A DNA stretch of 64,000 bases from Lama guanicoe (Eukaryota): NCBI GenBank assembly GCA_013239625.1, contig MU056050.1:2342084-2406083 (forward strand). The letters run 5' to 3'. The position numbers were made by a program, and so were the translations under genes. Under the pieces are notes generated by a model. That model was given only the letters and a program-made list of their open reading frames with translations. It had not been told where the DNA came from and made no database searches. Below, in pieces: positions 58,668-64,000 of this stretch. How positions within the stretch are numbered: position 1 is the first letter of the stretch; the number at the start of each line of letters is the position of its first letter.

Positions 58668-60579
58668 CTACAGTGATAAAGAAGGAAAAAACAAAGATGA
58701 AAGTTGATTGTTTTTTCTGGACTCCAGAACTACAGTAAGATACCTATTTTCTTCAAAACTAGGTAATTTTAAAATGCCTCATCTGAATTTGGGGGAAATA
58801 ATTTTAACCTATGAATAGCATAAGCTGTCCTTCATATGCATAGGAATACTTAGAATTAATTTCTCCTGATATTGGAGACTGACCTTGTGACCAATATCAT
58901 ATCCACAAAATGGTAAGTCAATTACACAGGAGCTACGTACTATGCACTGGAAGCAACAAAGCTTCCAAAAATTATTGTTTTCAAAAATGGAAACATTCAA
59001 GCAAGCTTTAAATGACCACATGGCAGAGATGCTTAGGTGGAGAGTTGAACTGGGTGACAACAGCGCTCTCTTCTAACATTAAAGATACTATTAATCATGA
59101 AGATCAAATCCTTGACTTTGGCCACCCTGGTACCATGCACCATGTTCTAACTAAGGTACCTGGCCATCAACTTTATGAAGACACTATTAAAAGACATTTT
59201 TAACAACCTACTTTGAATTACAATTCTAGTCAGCAAATAAAAACTCAGCCAAGATTTTCGTTTTCTTCCTAATGAAATACTAAAAAAAAAAAAAACCTGA
59301 GACCTCTTTGAGTTTCAGTAAATTATTCAGAAAATTTGTCAACAATTTACTGATCTAAAGTATGGAGGAAATAAAACAATTAGTTCTAAATGCCAAGCAT
59401 CAAAAACTTCAACCAGGACTGGCAGGATTATATAACTGATCTAAGACTATTGCGTTAACTGATTACACACTATTATCCTATTTTTAAGGTCAACTCATTT
59501 AGAATGTGCTATGGAAAAAGGCACTGATTTTAGTGATGTAATAAAAACTGTCCCCTAAGAGTTCTAGGGTTCTCTCCAAACAGACATCCTACTACTGCTT
59601 TGCTTCCCTTTACTTTCTATTGCCATCACTGAGAATCAAAACAGGAGAGGATTTATCATTAAACACATCCACATTTTCCTGGTCCTTCCCCACTTTCCCT
59701 TCTTGGATGGTGCCATTTCCCAATATCCTGGCCACTATAGCTAAGCACTCAGTCAGCTCAAGTGTATTAAGGGAATTTCGGGGTGTAACTCATGCAATGT
59801 ATTTTACAGTATAATCTCAATCTCTCAGTAAAACTTTTAATCCATGTGCATCTCATCTATCCCTTCCAGGGACTCCTAGTTGTCTCCCTGTTACCTGGTC
59901 TTCAGGTCCTTCCTCAGCCTAGAACTTCAAGGATACTAATTTTGAGGAGTCAAGACTAAATTGGGCCTATTCTTTTAATCAACATCTATTTACCCTCCAA
60001 GCCCCTACAGTCCCTAAGATCTACCCCCAAGGTCCCGAAGATCAGACAGAGCATTTGGGTAGCTGGTTCATCCTCTTCACATCAAGTCTACTCTCCTATT
60101 AGCCATCTGACCTGTTTAAGATACCACCCTCTGGGTTCTGGCCATGTTAGGAAATGTTTAATGGGACCTCAGTAAATTTCTTAGCTGAACTATCTCAATA
60201 ATCAATATAGGACTCTATTATTCCAATTATGCTTTCCCTGTTTTCCTTATTCTTTTTGTTCTAACTCATGAAACCATTCTAATAAATTCATTCATTATTC
60301 CTGACTCCTCAACCCTGAATCAGCACCTAATAAGTTCTCTTTTATTCTCCTCTGATTTTACTAAAAAGCCCTCAGCCGTTTCCAACTCTAGACCCAGTAT
60401 CACCAACCATGTAACACAGCTCAGAGGTCCCATCAGTGTATCAAGTTACATCAGATTCTCCTTTCAAGTTAATATAGCTCTCAGGCCCCCTCATGCTTAG
60501 ATGATTAGTCTTTTAAAGGAAATTATCATCTTAACCAGGAAAGTACAGTACTTATTTCTCAAAACTGTTAAAATATTAG

Positions 60580-60805
60580 AAAGACAACATGATGTAGTAA
60601 AAAGATCATGGACTCTAGAACCAAAAGGACCCAGGTTCAAATCCTGCCTTACTAATTGTGCAGCCTTGAAAATCACTTTTCTGAGTTTTTTGATTTTTCT
60701 GATCCATACACCTACCTTACAGAAATTGCTATGAGGATTAAAATGAAATTAAATGCTTAACACATAAGATGGTGCTCCAAAATAGCACCTACATTATTAT
60801 TACTG
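60580..60805 (+). mobile_element. MIR SINE
   Basis: catggactctagaacc...aggttcaaatcctg...acctaccttacagaaattgctatgaggattaaaatga. Confidence 0.8.
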
Positions 60806-61414
60806 TTATCATCATCATTATTAGAGATAGCCCACGTTCTTACTTCTATTCTCCTACCTTGGTCTGGGGTCACCCTGGGATCATTTTTTTTCCTGCCAAG
60901 GGTAGGGGTGGGTGAGTGAGGGGGCAGGTGAGGGAAATTCCCTTTCCAAGGTTGCTGTCCTAATCTTGATTGTAAAAATGGACTGGAAAGGCTAAAAGAA
61001 ATTTCCCAAGAACAACCAAACATCTTCATGAATTCATGTTACTAGTAAAAAGCAATGACTTGTAACAATAATTCATACTACTAAATAACTCTGAAGGGAA
61101 AATATATCCTAATAAAATAAGTCAATAAAAATAAGAAATTACTAGAACTTACTAGTAAGCTGATAATTGATCATTACCCAAAGAAAGACAAGATATACTC
61201 CTGACACTATCAAGGAACAGCTTCCACAAAATGGTACCTACGAATCACTCTTTCAGCCTTACAAATTTATAGTAAAAGCAAACAATTTTTTAAATTGAAA
61301 TTTGTTTCATATTATAGTTATTTGTAACATACTGTAATATCTTTAGTGTCTACTCTAACAATTAAGCATAAAAGGACTTTTTATTGTTGTTGGCATAAAT
61401 CAATCAATCCAATA

Positions 61415-61521
61415 GATAGCATGAAGAAATTATCATCCAAACCAGGACAGTTTTAAGATTGAAAGAAGGCACAATTAATAATTACGCCAGGGAAAAACAA
61501 AACTGGGACATATGGTCACCC
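61415..61521. mobile_element. MER94-like hAT-Blackjack remnant
   Basis: ccaaaccaggacag...aactgggacatatggtcaccc. Confidence 0.55.
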
Positions 61522-62432
61522 CATCAATGGTCTGCTCTTTTCATTTATCATTCACAATCCATATACATTTTGACCTGTTCCCAACATTACTGCTGTTATA
61601 AAATCTTAAATGTCCTGAAGGATCAAGCACTAGGTATTTAGATTTGTTGCAATCAAATTCTGGACTCTCAGTAAGACATTTAAGTAATCTAACTAATTCT
61701 AGGAATTAAGATTAGTGAGCTAAAATAATTCATTCCAGTTTGACAAACTCTCAGAGGATGTCTTATTTTAAAGTGAATATTATAACGTCTGGTGATGTTT
61801 TCTATTAGATCCAAGTTATAGAAAGCATAAGACTGATGACGAAAACTGTGCTCAAAGATACTTTAATTCAGATTTAAAATCAGAGATATAAATTTGTAAT
61901 ATACATTATTTTTTAAATCCATTCTTCCCATGGAGGGACACTACCTTTTGTTCTAAGTCAAAGAAATATTCCTTTCTTATCTTGCATGAATTCTTACTTA
62001 TTCTGGACAAATAGAGAAGTTGCTATGTCCAAAGCTGGTTTCTCATCCTCAAAACAAAAGTACTTTTGATTACTTTGGCTCTTCTTGCTCTTTCTAAAAT
62101 TAAGAAGAATCAAAAGAGTACAATAACAAAGTAAATATCTCTTGAGTATCCTAAGTTTGATATTCTGATATTCATTGATAACCTGCACTGAATAATATTA
62201 ATTATGCAGTTACTAAAACTCAAATAATTCAGACTAACAACTTCAGAAAACTTGCCTTTTTTACTTGAAATGATTTAATTTAGCTCAATTTCATATAAAA
62301 AGACATTCTGAAAAACTCAAAAGTATTTGAATTACAAACTAAAACTATTTAAAGCTAGTTTATAAACAGTGATTATACTCACATGACTTATAATACTATC
62401 TCCTCTATAAGTAAAAAAATACATATATTCTT

Positions 62433-62583
62433 GGGGAAGGGTATAGCTCAGTGGTAGAGCACATGGCTACTAGCATGCACAAGGTTCTGGGTTCAATCTC
62501 CAGTACCTCCATTAAAAATAAATAAAAACCTAATTATCCCCCCTCCTCCATAAATAAATACATACATACATACATACATACAT
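62433..62583 (+). mobile_element. tRNA-derived SINE (camelid vic-1-like) with (TACA)n tail
   Basis: GGGGAAGGGTATAGCTCAGTGGTAGAGC...GGTTCAATCTCC A/B boxes; TSD AAAAATACATATATTCT 62415-62431 / AAAAATATATATATTCT 62584-62600. Confidence 0.9.
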
Positions 62584-62716
62584 AAAAATATATATATTCT
62601 AGATTTGTAGAAACATTTGTAAAATCCTTAGTTTGAAGAACATTTTATATAAAACAGTACATTAATTTACCAAACAACACCTTTTACAGGTGAAATAAAG
62701 GCTTATTAATACCTAC

Positions 62717-62768
62717 CTAATATGCAGAATACATCAGCAAGAATGGAGGGCATATCCTCACGAAACTC
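62717..62768 (-). CDS. THOC2: THOC2 coding exon 4 (EFREDMPSILADVFCIL/D)
   Basis: Translation match; ttag acceptor, TAG|gtaggt donor; 52 nt. Confidence 0.95.
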
Positions 62769-64000
62769 CTAATTTAAAAAAACCACAATTATTTATAGTA
62801 AATGCCACTAGCAAGTATTATGGTTTCAGAATAACACTCTTTAGTAAAACTTGAAAACTAACAAAACCCTAATACCACTATGTTAACAAATAATAAAATT
62901 CTTCAAGTTTCATAATATAGAGTAAACAAAAAGAGGGAGATAATGGTTAGGAAAAACATGTTTAAATGTCTACCATGAAATAACAATAAAAAATAGAAAC
63001 TTAAACAAGCACCTTAGGAAATAATAAAGAGCACAAATGAGTAACATTTTTCCCATGAGATTTCATGTTAGAAACCACCGGAATTTGGAGTACCTCACAC
63101 CTACTTAAACCAAGACTGTTAAAAATGGTACACTTTAAAACTTTAATGTTGTCCTCATGCCTGAGTCAACACTGATCAAAGCAAAAATCACAGAGTTATC
63201 GGAAGAACAGAAATCTAAAAAACACAATAACATTTACAAGCTGTTGTCTCATAACTCAAGATTCTCTGAAGACAAAAATAATTGCCAAAACTTGATCTTT
63301 ATTTTCTTTATGCACTGATGTTTGTAGCCTTTGGAGAAATTGACCCAGAACTCTCCCCTCATTTCTGGATGAAAATTTCAGCATTTATCTTAGATTTGTC
63401 TCCTGACTTTCCACTCCTACGCCCAATTTTAGAGCCATCTTCCATTAGTAAGAATCATAGTTCAATTATTACAATTAGTTTGCTGGCACTATAGCAACTC
63501 TAAAATTAGCCTAGTTTCATAGACTAAAGGAAAAAGCATAATTCTAAAGAAAAAACTGGCAACTGTAAGAGATGCAAGATGTGTTTCTGTGCCTAAAGCA
63601 TGGTACAGTGAGATATGGAACTATGAGAATCTAGCCATGAGAAAGACAACCCAGCAGCAGAAGTATATACATCTATCACTAAGGACTCAAAAGAAAGGGA
63701 AGCTAAATAAGAACTAAATACACATTAAGTTCATTTGGACTATTCATTTTCAATAAATGGGAAAAGGATTAGAATCAAATTCCACTAACACACTAAACTC
63801 TATACTGATGCCCAATTTACAGAATAAAACAAACTTAACTGTCAACCAGACTTTAGTCTCAAGTTTAAGCGCTACAAACTCTGGCTATGTCTTCTTGAAT
63901 GTAAGTGCTCAGGCTACTAGAAGACCAGAAACAACAGAGCAAGACAAGAGTTTTCAAACATGGAATACTAGTTGTTTAAGAAACAAACTACTCCAACATG

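Noticed and set aside
62433..62510. Apparent tRNA gene (A/B boxes)
   Set aside because: No convincing cloverleaf or acceptor stem; it has a SINE tail and TSD, so it is a tRNA-derived SINE.

Overview
Mammalian genomic DNA (AT-rich, repeat-dense), most likely camelid given two vic-1-like tRNA-derived SINEs. The whole window lies inside THOC2 (THO complex subunit 2, X-linked in mammals) on the minus strand. I read 25 coding exons by hand (exons 4-28 by recalled human numbering, 3281 coding nt); they join in frame with no stop. One intron has a U12-type (minor spliceosome) donor and one has a GC-AG donor. The most notable feature is in intron 12: a full-length processed copy of UBXN2A mRNA (26700-28918, plus strand, antisense to THOC2). 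It has a CpG-rich 5'UTR, an uninterrupted 258-aa ORF, a 3'UTR, a poly(A) remnant and a perfect 17-bp target-site duplication. It is nested in a LINE-1 whose 5'UTR/promoter region sits about 0.4-0.8 kb upstream in the same orientation, making it a candidate lineage-specific retrogene. The rest is old L1, L2, MIR, MaLR and hAT repeats plus microsatellites. Repeat family names are from recalled consensus sequences, and repeat boundaries are approximate unless a TSD is given.
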